Shown here: positions 15,080 to 23,636 of the stretch, piece after piece
How the letters are laid out: every line of letters starts with the position of its first letter
Position numbering within the stretch: the first letter of the stretch is position 1
Source of the DNA: a virus
IMG/VR virus record: IMGVR_UViG_3300049010_000004
Coordinates: 1-41,537 of that record
DNA: 41,537 nucleotides
Direction: 5' to 3' (one strand)
The notes under the pieces: generated by a model
Seen by the model: the letters and a program-made list of their open reading frames with translations, nothing else
Database searches by the model: none
Told to the model about the DNA's origin: nothing
Made by a program: the position numbers and the translations under genes

Positions 15080-16051
15080 ATGAGTGACCAAGCCATTGAG
15101 CAGTCGCCACAAGAGTTAAGCATTGAAGACCGCTTTGCCACATTGCTGGCTGAGCCAGTTCCGGAAGAGGAAGAAGTAGCTGAATCCGAGGAACAACCCG
15201 CACCCCAAGATAACGAGGAAGAAGTAGAGACGACCGAGGAAGAAGGCACTCCTGAAGAGGAGCAAGCCGAAACCGAAGAAGAAACTGCCGAACTCGACCT
15301 TGTAGAGGTAGAAGTTGCAGGGAAGAAAATTCAAGTTCCAGAGGAACTTGTTGAGTATTCAAAAAGCCTTCAAGCGGACTACACCCGTAAAACGACGGAA
15401 GTCGCTGAACAACGTAAGCAAGTCGAGCAGATGCAGATGCAACTGCAACAACAAGCCCAGATTCAGCAAGAATCCCTCGCAGAATACGCACAATTAACGG
15501 CATTGGATAATCAGATCCAGGCGTTCAATCAAGTCGATTGGAATGCCCTGTACGACTCTGATCCTGCCGAATTCGTCAAGCTCAAGGAAGCGCGCCGAGA
15601 CCTTCTCGATAATCGCCAAGCCTTGGCTAACACGATTGGCACGAAACAACAGCAACTAGCAGCACAGCAACGCGAAACCTACATCAAGGCTGTCGAAGAA
15701 GGACAGAAGGTACTGGCAAGGGAGATTCCTAACTGGAATAACGAGCTTGCACGTAACCTTAACACTCTCGCAGTCGATAAGTACGGGTTCACGCCGGAAG
15801 AAGTGGCGCAAGTCATCGATCCTCGCGTAGTGAAGCTATTGCACGATGCCTATCGGTTCCAGAAACAACAATCCAACAGGCCAGTGGCTGAGAAGAAGGT
15901 GGCGAATCTACCTAAAGTCTCCAAGCCAGGAAGCCCAAGCGCAGCCAAGTCCGTGGCAACCAGCCGCGAGGCAGAGGCCCGCAAAGCACTGAAAAAGACT
16001 GGCTCAGTAGACGCAGCACAAGCTGTGTTCCTAGCCCGATATTCAAAGTAA
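15080..16051 (+). CDS. Scaffolding protein (probable)
   Basis: 323 aa. Extremely acidic N-terminus (EEEEVAESEEQ...), Q-rich coiled coils, located directly upstream of the capsid gene, RBS AGGAG. Confidence 0.6.
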   Translation: MSDQAIEQSPQELSIEDRFATLLAEPVPEEEEVAESEEQPAPQDNEEEVETTEEEGTPEEEQAETEEETAELDLVEVEVAGKKIQVPEELVEYSKSLQADYTRKTTEVAEQRKQVEQMQMQLQQQAQIQQESLAEYAQLTALDNQIQAFNQVDWNALYDSDPAEFVKLKEARRDLLDNRQALANTIGTKQQQLAAQQRETYIKAVEEGQKVLAREIPNWNNELARNLNTLAVDKYGFTPEEVAQVIDPRVVKLLHDAYRFQKQQSNRPVAEKKVANLPKVSKPGSPSAAKSVATSREAEARKALKKTGSVDAAQAVFLARYSK

Positions 16052-16081
16052 ACGCCGTGAGGCGCTACGAAAGGACAGACC

Positions 16082-17104
16082 ATGTTTAAGTTATTCAGCA
16101 TTTTCGCGCTGATGGAGTTCCTGACTCCTAAAGCTGTGCCTGGTGGCACGTTCCAAACCTTCCAAGCGGTCGGTAACCGTGAAGACTTGTCGGACATCAT
16201 CAACGACATTTCCCCAACCGAAACGCCGTTTTACTCCAAGGCCAAGAAGGGCACTGCTTCGGCAACCTTCCACGAATGGCAAACCGACGCTCTGGACGCA
16301 GCCGCTACCAATGCAGCTATCCAGGGTAATGACGCAGTAGTTAATACTGCAACACCAACTGTTCGCCTGCGGAACTACTGCCAGATCCTGACCAAGACTG
16401 TCTCGGTATCCGGTACGCAAGATGCAGTGAACAAGGCAGGCCGCGCAAGCGAACTGGCCTATCAGATGTCCAAGCGCTCCAAGGAACTGAAGCGCGACGT
16501 GGAATATGCTCTGGTGCGTAACCAAGCATCCACCTCCGGTGCTGCTGGCTCTGGTGCCACTTTGGCAGGTGTTGAATCGTGGCTGGCTACCAATAAGACA
16601 TCGGTCGGCACTGGTACTGCACAAACCACCCCAGGTTACTCTGGCGGCACGGTTGCATCCCCAACCGATTCGTCCGTTGCAGGTACTGTGACTGAAGCTA
16701 ACCTGAAGTCTGTTATTCAGGCTTGCTGGACGCAAGGCGGCGACCCTGGCGTGCTGATGGTTGGCCCTGCTACCAAGTCGAAGATCTCCGGCTCCTTCAA
16801 CGGTATCGCTACCCGCTATCGTGAAGTTCCAGGCATGAAGCAAGGCTCCATCGTTTCCGGTGTTGACTTGTACATCTCTGACTTCGGTGAGCACGAGATT
16901 GTGCCTAACCGCTTCATGCGCGATCAGAACATTCTGGTTCTGGATATGGACTATTGGACTGTGGCTTCCTTGCGCGGCTTCCAAGCGTTCGATCTGGCGA
17001 AGACTGGTGACAGCAATAAGAAGCAAATCCTTACCGAACTGACGCTTGTCTCCAACAACGAGAAGGCATCCGGCAAGGTAACTGACATCAATCCAGCGTT
17101 GTAA
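16082..17104 (+). CDS. Major capsid protein (HK97-fold, DUF5309/SU10-like by motif recall)
   Basis: 340 aa. 'GNREDLSDIINDISPTETPF', 'FHEWQTDAL', 'NYCQI', 'ELKRDVEYAL', 'YISDFGEHEIVPNRF'. Followed by a strong terminator. Confidence 0.8.
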   Translation: MFKLFSIFALMEFLTPKAVPGGTFQTFQAVGNREDLSDIINDISPTETPFYSKAKKGTASATFHEWQTDALDAAATNAAIQGNDAVVNTATPTVRLRNYCQILTKTVSVSGTQDAVNKAGRASELAYQMSKRSKELKRDVEYALVRNQASTSGAAGSGATLAGVESWLATNKTSVGTGTAQTTPGYSGGTVASPTDSSVAGTVTEANLKSVIQACWTQGGDPGVLMVGPATKSKISGSFNGIATRYREVPGMKQGSIVSGVDLYISDFGEHEIVPNRFMRDQNILVLDMDYWTVASLRGFQAFDLAKTGDSNKKQILTELTLVSNNEKASGKVTDINPAL

Positions 17105-17113
17105 TGATTGAGG

Positions 17114-17141
17114 GGGAGGGGAGCAATCCTCTCCCTTTTTT
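17114..17141 (+). terminator. Intrinsic terminator immediately after the capsid gene
   Basis: GGGAGGGG/CCTCTCCC 8-bp stem (one G-U pair), loop AGCAAT, TTTTTT 17136..17141. The next ATG is at 17142. Confidence 0.75.
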
Positions 17142-17477
17142 ATGGATAAAAGAGTCCTAGACTACGACCCGCTAAGCAAGATCATCACATGGTTTGCTTA
17201 CGACGATGACACTGACACGACTTACATCGAATACACAGGCGGTGATGCTAGGCAAAAGGCCGAGCAGTCACAAACGCTACAGAATGACGAGAACTACACC
17301 AAGATAGGTCTCAAGAACAGCATGGTTCACTATGCCCACATCAGCGATGAGCAGTTGCTCCGCTGGCATTGCATGGGGATCGACATCAAGGACAAGAGCG
17401 AACTATTCCGCATGGTCAATAAACCAGAATACAGCAAGCTCAAGACCACGACCTTAGTACACAAGCCCAAGGGCTAA
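17142..17477 (+). CDS. Hypothetical protein (111 aa)
   Basis: First ORF after the capsid terminator; no recognisable motif. Confidence 0.55.
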   Translation: MDKRVLDYDPLSKIITWFAYDDDTDTTYIEYTGGDARQKAEQSQTLQNDENYTKIGLKNSMVHYAHISDEQLLRWHCMGIDIKDKSELFRMVNKPEYSKLKTTTLVHKPKG

Positions 17478-18833
17478 ATGGCAAACATCCTGGACGCGAT
17501 CCGTTATGTAGAGAACGGTGAGCCGGACGAGGCACTGAGAATCGCCTCACAGATACTGAATGACGAACCTGAACAGGTAGATGCTATCTGCGTAGCAGGA
17601 CAGGCGCTGCTGAATGCCGAGCGGTATGGGTTAGCTTATAACTTGTACAAGAGAGCACTAGAGTTAAGACCTGACATCTCAGGCATATGGAACAACATTG
17701 GCCTAGTTTGCATGAAGATGATGCGGGACGATGAGGCCAGAAAGTACCTGACACGCTCCCTTAATATGGAGCCAGATAATACGGCGGCATTGAATAACAT
17801 GGCGCTGATAGAAGTAAATAATGGTAATCCTCAAGGCGCTGTCGTATTGGGGAATAAATCGCTATCCATCAATCCTGACCAGTCCGATGTGAGAGAGACG
17901 CTAGGTTATGCGAATCTCATGCTAGGTAATTGGGAAGCAGGGTGGGAAGGGTACGAAGCGATGGTGGGGACGGAGAAACATAGAACCTTCCCGCCGCGTA
18001 AAGATAAGCCCTATTGGGATGGAGCTAGGGGATTGACCCTGAATATCCGTGGGGAGCAGGGGATCGGGGACGAAATATCCTTTTCCTCGATGATTCCTGA
18101 CGTATCCCGTGAGAACAAGGTGATTCTGGAGTGCGATGCAAGGCTCTATGGCCTGTTCAATCGCAGTTTTCCTGATATCACTGTGTATCCAACCCGCTTT
18201 GAGAAGACTCCTGAGTGGGTAGATAGTCAAGATTTCGACGCATGGTGCTTGATTGGCTCGCTTGGCTGGCATTACAGGGTGAAAAGTAGTGATTTTAGTG
18301 GTATTCCGTACCTGAAAGCCTGTCCAGAGCGCAAAAGTCACTGGAAAGCAGAGTTATCTAAGCTAGGAAACAGGAAAAAGGTCGGGATCGCGTGGAATGG
18401 TGGCCTGAAAGACACGTTCAAGGAGCGCAGAAGCCTGGATTTAGAGCAATTGCTACCGATCCTCTCTCAAGACTGCACGTTTATCAGCCTTGAGTACAAA
18501 ACACCCCATGAATTAGCGGATTTTGAGCAGGAATACGGGATCAAGATATACCACTTCCCAGAAGCGACAGAATCCAAGGACTACGACGACACAGCAGCAC
18601 TGGTAGACGAGCTAGACCTCGTTATCTCGGTGCAAACCGCTGTCGTTCACCTAGCAGGGGCGTTAGGGAAGCCTTGCTGGACACTCATCCCGAACAAACC
18701 TAACTGGAGATACGCTACGCCGCGTTTCATGTGGGGTAACAGCGTAGAACTGTTCAGGCAGGGTAAGACATGGGGCGAGCCGATTAAATGCGTTACAGAG
18801 CGATTGCAGAGGTTTATTGATGGGTCTAGGTGA
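17478..18833 (+). CDS. TPR-repeat protein fused to a GT9-like (heptosyltransferase-fold) glycosyltransferase domain
   Basis: 451 aa. N-terminal TPRs ('YNLYKRALELRPDISGIWNNIGLV', 'ARKYLTRSLNMEPDNTAALNNMA'). C-terminal 'GEQGIGDEISF' and 'DLVISVQTAVVHLAGALGKPCWTLIP' match the TPR-GT9 family pattern. Confidence 0.7.
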   Translation: MANILDAIRYVENGEPDEALRIASQILNDEPEQVDAICVAGQALLNAERYGLAYNLYKRALELRPDISGIWNNIGLVCMKMMRDDEARKYLTRSLNMEPDNTAALNNMALIEVNNGNPQGAVVLGNKSLSINPDQSDVRETLGYANLMLGNWEAGWEGYEAMVGTEKHRTFPPRKDKPYWDGARGLTLNIRGEQGIGDEISFSSMIPDVSRENKVILECDARLYGLFNRSFPDITVYPTRFEKTPEWVDSQDFDAWCLIGSLGWHYRVKSSDFSGIPYLKACPERKSHWKAELSKLGNRKKVGIAWNGGLKDTFKERRSLDLEQLLPILSQDCTFISLEYKTPHELADFEQEYGIKIYHFPEATESKDYDDTAALVDELDLVISVQTAVVHLAGALGKPCWTLIPNKPNWRYATPRFMWGNSVELFRQGKTWGEPIKCVTERLQRFIDGSR

Positions 18834-19650
18834 CTGGATCATGGCGACCGCAGACGCCAAGGAAGTGAACGAGCGTCACGGTGTGCGTGTGGTGTTTGGC
18901 GATGGGGTCAACAAGTTCTACGACGAAGTATTCGAGGGTAATCCAAGGATCGCAAAGGAACTGAGACCTAATGAGCGTTTTGCTTGGGTCAAGAATTACC
19001 CTGGACACAGACCGTACATCAAGCAGATCCACAAAGGTCACTTTGAGTTTCATCCAGACTTCAAGGCCAAGCCTGGCGAGTTATATCTGGGTGACGTGGA
19101 AAAGAACGGCTATGTTTTGATCGAGCCGAACGTGAAGCAGGACTTCTGGATAGGCAAGAACAAGGATTGGGGGCTGGATAACTGGAAAGCCCTTGTATCC
19201 AAGCTGGATTGTGACTGGCGGCAGATCGGTACGGATAAGTTTCTGGACAAGCAGCACGCACTCAGGACAAAAACCTTCATGCAGGCGGCAAGGGTGCTTG
19301 CAGGAGCAAAGCTCTTAATCACTACAGACGGGGCCTTACATCATGCAGCGGCTGCCCTCGGCGTGCCTTCGATTGTGTTGTGGGGTGGCGTGGCTCATCC
19401 GCGCAATCTTGGCTATGACACTCATATCAACCTGCATCATGGTGATGAGCCTTGCGGGTCTCATTCAAAGAAGTGCGAACACTGCCAGAAAGCTATGGCG
19501 AAAATCACTGTAGAGGAAGTCCTAGAAGCCTATGAAAGAAGTCAACGGGATTTGGTTGCCGGATCACGAAAGCCATCTGGAGCAGTACGCAAAGGCCGGC
19601 GAGTACGGCAGATGGACGTATCAGGGGCACAAGCTACTGGAAGCCCTTAA
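18820..19650 (+). CDS. GT9-family glycosyltransferase (ADP-heptose heptosyltransferase-like)
   Basis: 'GLGDWIMATA' and 'LITTDGALHHAAAALGVPSIVLWGG' correspond to the GT9 signatures (lGDvim..., DSGpmHlAaAlgtP). The 3' end overlaps the next ORF by 119 nt. Confidence 0.75.
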   Translation: MGLGDWIMATADAKEVNERHGVRVVFGDGVNKFYDEVFEGNPRIAKELRPNERFAWVKNYPGHRPYIKQIHKGHFEFHPDFKAKPGELYLGDVEKNGYVLIEPNVKQDFWIGKNKDWGLDNWKALVSKLDCDWRQIGTDKFLDKQHALRTKTFMQAARVLAGAKLLITTDGALHHAAAALGVPSIVLWGGVAHPRNLGYDTHINLHHGDEPCGSHSKKCEHCQKAMAKITVEEVLEAYERSQRDLVAGSRKPSGAVRKGRRVRQMDVSGAQATGSP

Positions 19651-20164
19651 GTGGGTGAACGGTATTGAATTAGCGATTGATGTAGGCGGGCATTGCGGGC
19701 TGTGGTCGAAAGAGCTAGTCAAGATATTCGATAACGTCGTGGCCTTTGAGCCAGTCGCCGATCACCGAGCCTGCTACGTGAAAAACGTCAAGGCCGACAA
19801 CTACACACTGCATCCCGTAGCCCTTGGCGACAAGGAAGACTTTATCTCTATCCATACCTCTATCGGTTCGTCCGGTGATTCATGGGTGGATGGCAAGGGT
19901 GATATCCCGGTCAAGCTGCTGGATACCTACAACCTTAATCCCGACTTCATCAAACTCGACTGTGAAGGCTTTGAATACTTCGCGCTCAAGGGTGGGGAAG
20001 AGATGCTGAAGCGCAGTAAGCCTTGTGTGATTGTCGAGCAGAAGCCTGGCAGGGCAAAGAAGTTCGGATTGAAAGACACGCAGGCTGTCACCTATCTGGA
20101 ATCGTTGGGCGCAAAGCTACGCAAGGAAATCTCTGGTGATTTCATCCTCAGTTGGGAAGATTGA
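19532..20164 (+). CDS. FkbM-family SAM-dependent methyltransferase
   Basis: 210 aa. 'AIDVGGHCGLWS', 'VVAFEPV' and 'FIKLDCEGFEYFALKGG' match Methyltransf_21/FkbM motifs. Confidence 0.75.
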   Translation: MKEVNGIWLPDHESHLEQYAKAGEYGRWTYQGHKLLEALKWVNGIELAIDVGGHCGLWSKELVKIFDNVVAFEPVADHRACYVKNVKADNYTLHPVALGDKEDFISIHTSIGSSGDSWVDGKGDIPVKLLDTYNLNPDFIKLDCEGFEYFALKGGEEMLKRSKPCVIVEQKPGRAKKFGLKDTQAVTYLESLGAKLRKEISGDFILSWED

Positions 20165-20846
20165 CACCAGATCAAAGAGCGAACAGCGAGAGAGAGTCCG
20201 CAAGCAGATACGGGCCGATGTGCCCGTTTTTTTTGGGTTCGACCAGATAGACAACCTGAAGGCATTAAAGGCCAAAGGCGAACCATTCCTCTATGTAGAC
20301 CATGCCTACTTTGACAGGGGCTACGAGCGAGGCAATTTCAGGGCGGTGTATTGCAACATCCACCAGACCCAAGAATTGGATTTACCGGACGACAGGCGCA
20401 AGCAGTTCGGGGTGAAGTTGAGGGATTGGCAGGAATGGCCTGATGGCAGAGTGGTATTCATCCCTAGCCCAAAGAACCCTACGGATTACCACAAAGAACA
20501 CAAGTGGAACGATGACGCAATAGACCTTCTGGTGAAGAAGACCAGGAGAGAGATATACGTCAAGAGCCAGAAGACCAAGGGTCTAGGGGATTCGATACAC
20601 AAGGCATGGGCATTGGTATCCCATTGTTCTGTAGCTGCGGTAGAGGCTGCTTGCCACGGTATTCCTGTAGTGACTTCAAGACATAACCCTGCGGCTCCTA
20701 TCTCTGTGGATCTGGAGCACATAGAAAGCCCCATTCGCCCTGATCGGGACAAGTGGGTGAACACCCTTACCTATTCGCAATTCACGCTGCAAGAGCTTAG
20801 CGATGGCTCAGCATGGCAGATCATTAAGGAAATGAACCGACTATGA
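20136..20846 (+). CDS. Hypothetical protein, possibly a GT-B-like glycosyltransferase C-terminal half
   Basis: 236 aa. GTG start with an AAGGAA RBS. 'ALVSHCSVAAVEAACHGIPVVT' resembles the nucleotide-sugar-binding helix region of GT-B enzymes. This is a weak call. Confidence 0.35.
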   Translation: MISSSVGKIDTRSKSEQRERVRKQIRADVPVFFGFDQIDNLKALKAKGEPFLYVDHAYFDRGYERGNFRAVYCNIHQTQELDLPDDRRKQFGVKLRDWQEWPDGRVVFIPSPKNPTDYHKEHKWNDDAIDLLVKKTRREIYVKSQKTKGLGDSIHKAWALVSHCSVAAVEAACHGIPVVTSRHNPAAPISVDLEHIESPIRPDRDKWVNTLTYSQFTLQELSDGSAWQIIKEMNRL

Positions 20847-21454
20847 GCATCACTAACTATACCGAGCTGCAAACAGCGGTGGCTAGCTGGCTGTCTCGTG
20901 CAGATTTGACGAGCATCATCCCAGACTTCATCGCCTTGGCAGAGGCCAAGTTCCAGCGTGAACTACGCACCCGCAACATGGAAGCCATTGTGTCTATCAC
21001 GCCTAGTTCCGGCGTGTGTGCATTGCCTGCTGACTTCCTGCAAGCGCGAAGGGTGTACGTGAACGCAGATGAGCCGTATGAGCTTGAGTATCTGACACCT
21101 GAGAACTTCTACCTGAAGTATCCGGTGCTTACTACCTGGTCGGTCGGGCCTAGCCGTTATTACACGATTCAAGGCTCTAATCTGTACCTATCAGACATTG
21201 CGAGCGGGAATGACATTAGCTTGCTGTACTACCAAGAAATCCCTGATTTAGCGACGAATAGCACCAATTGGCTGCTGACCAATCACCCGGATTTGTACTT
21301 GTATGGCGCGTTGTTTGAATCGACCAACAAGACCAAAAACCGCGAAGACCGCGCCTTCTTTACTGAGGCCATGAATGTGGTATTGGGCCAGATTGCCAAA
21401 TCCGACAAGCACGGCAAGTTCTCCGGCTCGGCGATGCGAGTTATCTCAGCATGA
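20843..21454 (+). CDS. Virion protein, head-to-tail adaptor-like (by position and conserved N-terminus)
   Basis: 203 aa. 'ITNYTELQTAVASWLSRADLTSIIPDFIALAEAKFQRELR' is a pattern I recall from podophage structural modules. Confidence 0.4.
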   Translation: MSITNYTELQTAVASWLSRADLTSIIPDFIALAEAKFQRELRTRNMEAIVSITPSSGVCALPADFLQARRVYVNADEPYELEYLTPENFYLKYPVLTTWSVGPSRYYTIQGSNLYLSDIASGNDISLLYYQEIPDLATNSTNWLLTNHPDLYLYGALFESTNKTKNREDRAFFTEAMNVVLGQIAKSDKHGKFSGSAMRVISA

Positions 21455-22914
21455 AGCTGTTAGGGTACGCACCAGACCTTGATGAGACTATCGAGGGGGT
21501 CATTACCGATTGCGAAGCCTTCATCCCTACTGAAAAGGGCATGCAAGCCGCACCATCTGCACAGGATGGCGGAACCGATGCTCTCGCTGCGGCATGTCTT
21601 GGCGCTGCTTCGGTACGTAAACTAGATAACTCCTTCCGATTGATTGCAGGGACGGCTACCAAGCTATACGAACTATCTGGGTCAACTTGGGTGGATTCTA
21701 GCCGTGCTGTCGGTGGGGATTACGGGGCAACTACGGATAACCCTTGGCGCTATGCACAGTTTGGAAACACGACATTAACGGTCAACAAAACAGACACCTT
21801 GCAATACTCCGATGCGGGGGCGTTTGCAAATGTTACCGATGCTCCGAAAGCCTCGATTGTCGAGACCGTGCAGAATTTCGTTTTTCTTTTTGATACGAAT
21901 GAAGTCTCTTTTGGTGATTCGCCTAACCGTTGGTGGTGTGCTGGCATCGGGACTTATGACGATTTTGTGCCGTCTATCGCCACACAAAGCGCTACTGGCC
22001 TTCTGACTTCAGCTCCGGGGCGTATTGCTGCGGGGAAACGATTTGGTAATCAGATCATCGCCTACAAAGAACGTGCGATGTATATCGGCACGTATGTGGG
22101 CGCTCCGGTTATCTGGGACTGGCAGCAGATTCCAGGTGAGGCAGGGTGTTCCTCCAATGAAGGTGTGGTGAATATCGGCACGGCTGATAACCCTGTCCAT
22201 ATCTTCATGGGGATCGACGACTTCTGGCGGTTCGATGGGGCTAGACCTGTACCTATCGGCAATCCGCTGAGAAAGACGATTTACGCAGACTTCAATGCTT
22301 CGTTCGCCAATCGCATCAAGACACTGCACGACCGCAGGAACCAGCGGGTTTACTTTTTCTACCCATCTCTAGGTGGCGGAGGCGCGATTGATTCGTGTGT
22401 CGTCTACCACTACCGCACTGGCATGTGGGGCAGGGACGATAGAACCGTAGAGGCGGTTGTTGAGTATCTGGCAGGCGGTATCACGTACGACAATTGGGAC
22501 ACGCTTTATGCGACCTATAACGCGATTCCCACGACATTATCGTATGACTCGCCATTCCTGACATCAGGCAACTTCACGCCAGGGATCTTCGACACAAATC
22601 ATGATTTATTGTCTCTGGACGGGATTGCGACCAATAGCTCCTTTACTACAGGGGATATGGGCGACGACATCAACTTTTATCTGCTTGAGCGGGTGAAGCC
22701 TAAATGGCTCACATCGCCTACTAGCGCAACGATGACCAATTACTACAAGCAGTCCGAGGGCGATGCTCTGACGACTGACGTAACGACCACCATGAGCCTT
22801 TCCAGATTTGATGTATTGCGCTCTGCTCGTTGGCACAGGCTGCAATTCAACATGGTAGGCGACTGCACGTTGTCTGAGTATTCGCCACTGATGAAGCTGG
22901 ACGGGTCGGAATGA
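21451..22914 (+). CDS. Virion structural protein (tail/nozzle candidate)
   Basis: 487 aa; ATGA overlaps on both sides within the structural operon. Confidence 0.45.
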   Translation: MKLLGYAPDLDETIEGVITDCEAFIPTEKGMQAAPSAQDGGTDALAAACLGAASVRKLDNSFRLIAGTATKLYELSGSTWVDSSRAVGGDYGATTDNPWRYAQFGNTTLTVNKTDTLQYSDAGAFANVTDAPKASIVETVQNFVFLFDTNEVSFGDSPNRWWCAGIGTYDDFVPSIATQSATGLLTSAPGRIAAGKRFGNQIIAYKERAMYIGTYVGAPVIWDWQQIPGEAGCSSNEGVVNIGTADNPVHIFMGIDDFWRFDGARPVPIGNPLRKTIYADFNASFANRIKTLHDRRNQRVYFFYPSLGGGGAIDSCVVYHYRTGMWGRDDRTVEAVVEYLAGGITYDNWDTLYATYNAIPTTLSYDSPFLTSGNFTPGIFDTNHDLLSLDGIATNSSFTTGDMGDDINFYLLERVKPKWLTSPTSATMTNYYKQSEGDALTTDVTTTMSLSRFDVLRSARWHRLQFNMVGDCTLSEYSPLMKLDGSE

Positions 22915-23207
22915 GGCTGAATCTCTATAACCGCGTTCCAGCTCAGTACGATCGACAAATCTTCGTCAAGTTACTGCTAGACATGCAGAACCAGATTAAC
23001 GCTTTATCCGAGGGGCAATTGGTCGGCAGGTATAACGCCACGACTTCAGCCCCTACGACTGGCACATACGCTATCGGGGATATTGTCTATAACTCCAATC
23101 CTAGTGAATTAGGTTCGGCGAGTAGCAAATATATCCTGCTGGCGTGGTTATGCACGGACGATGACCCGCTGACGTTCAAAGAATTGCGCTGTTTGACGGG
23201 TAACTGA
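22911..23207 (+). CDS. Hypothetical structural-module protein (98 aa)
   Basis: ATGA overlap upstream. Confidence 0.5.
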   Translation: MRLNLYNRVPAQYDRQIFVKLLLDMQNQINALSEGQLVGRYNATTSAPTTGTYAIGDIVYNSNPSELGSASSKYILLAWLCTDDDPLTFKELRCLTGN

Positions 23208-23602
23208 TGATCTGTTGCGGGTTGGATATGAAGTTTTGGGATGAAGTTGAGCCAGCGATTCAGGAGGCTTTATTTCTTGATGCTGGGCGCATATCAACCA
23301 AAGACATAAAAGATGCTATAGAGGCTCAGCAAATGCAGTTATGGGGCATCCATGACGGTATTTTGCGGGCAGTAGTTGTCACCGAGATGGTGGATTACAA
23401 GCAAATGCGCGTTGTCAGGTTTATCACCTGCACGGGGCGCGATATGGATACTTGGTTAGACCTCTTAATCGACACAATCGCCCAATGGGGAGCAGAGCAA
23501 GGCGCTCATGCATTGGAATTCGTCGGACGCAAGGGGTGGGAAAAAGCGCTATCCAAAAGAGGGTTTGGCAATACGCAAGTATTCATGACAAAGATTATCT
23601 GA
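23207..23602 (+). CDS. Hypothetical structural-module protein (131 aa; alternative start 23228)
   Basis: Co-directional; faint GNAT-like tail 'GAHALEFVGRKGWEKALSKRGF'. Confidence 0.45.
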   Translation: MICCGLDMKFWDEVEPAIQEALFLDAGRISTKDIKDAIEAQQMQLWGIHDGILRAVVVTEMVDYKQMRVVRFITCTGRDMDTWLDLLIDTIAQWGAEQGAHALEFVGRKGWEKALSKRGFGNTQVFMTKII

Positions 23603-23636
23603 TTTCTAACGCCGGGATGGCGCTGAAAGGATTTAT

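Noticed and set aside
14985-15503. 172-aa minus-strand ORF
   Set aside because: It is antisense to the acidic scaffolding gene and is a low-complexity shadow ORF.
16091-17026. 311-aa minus-strand ORF
   Set aside because: It is fully antisense to the well-supported major capsid gene, and its composition is typical of a shadow ORF.
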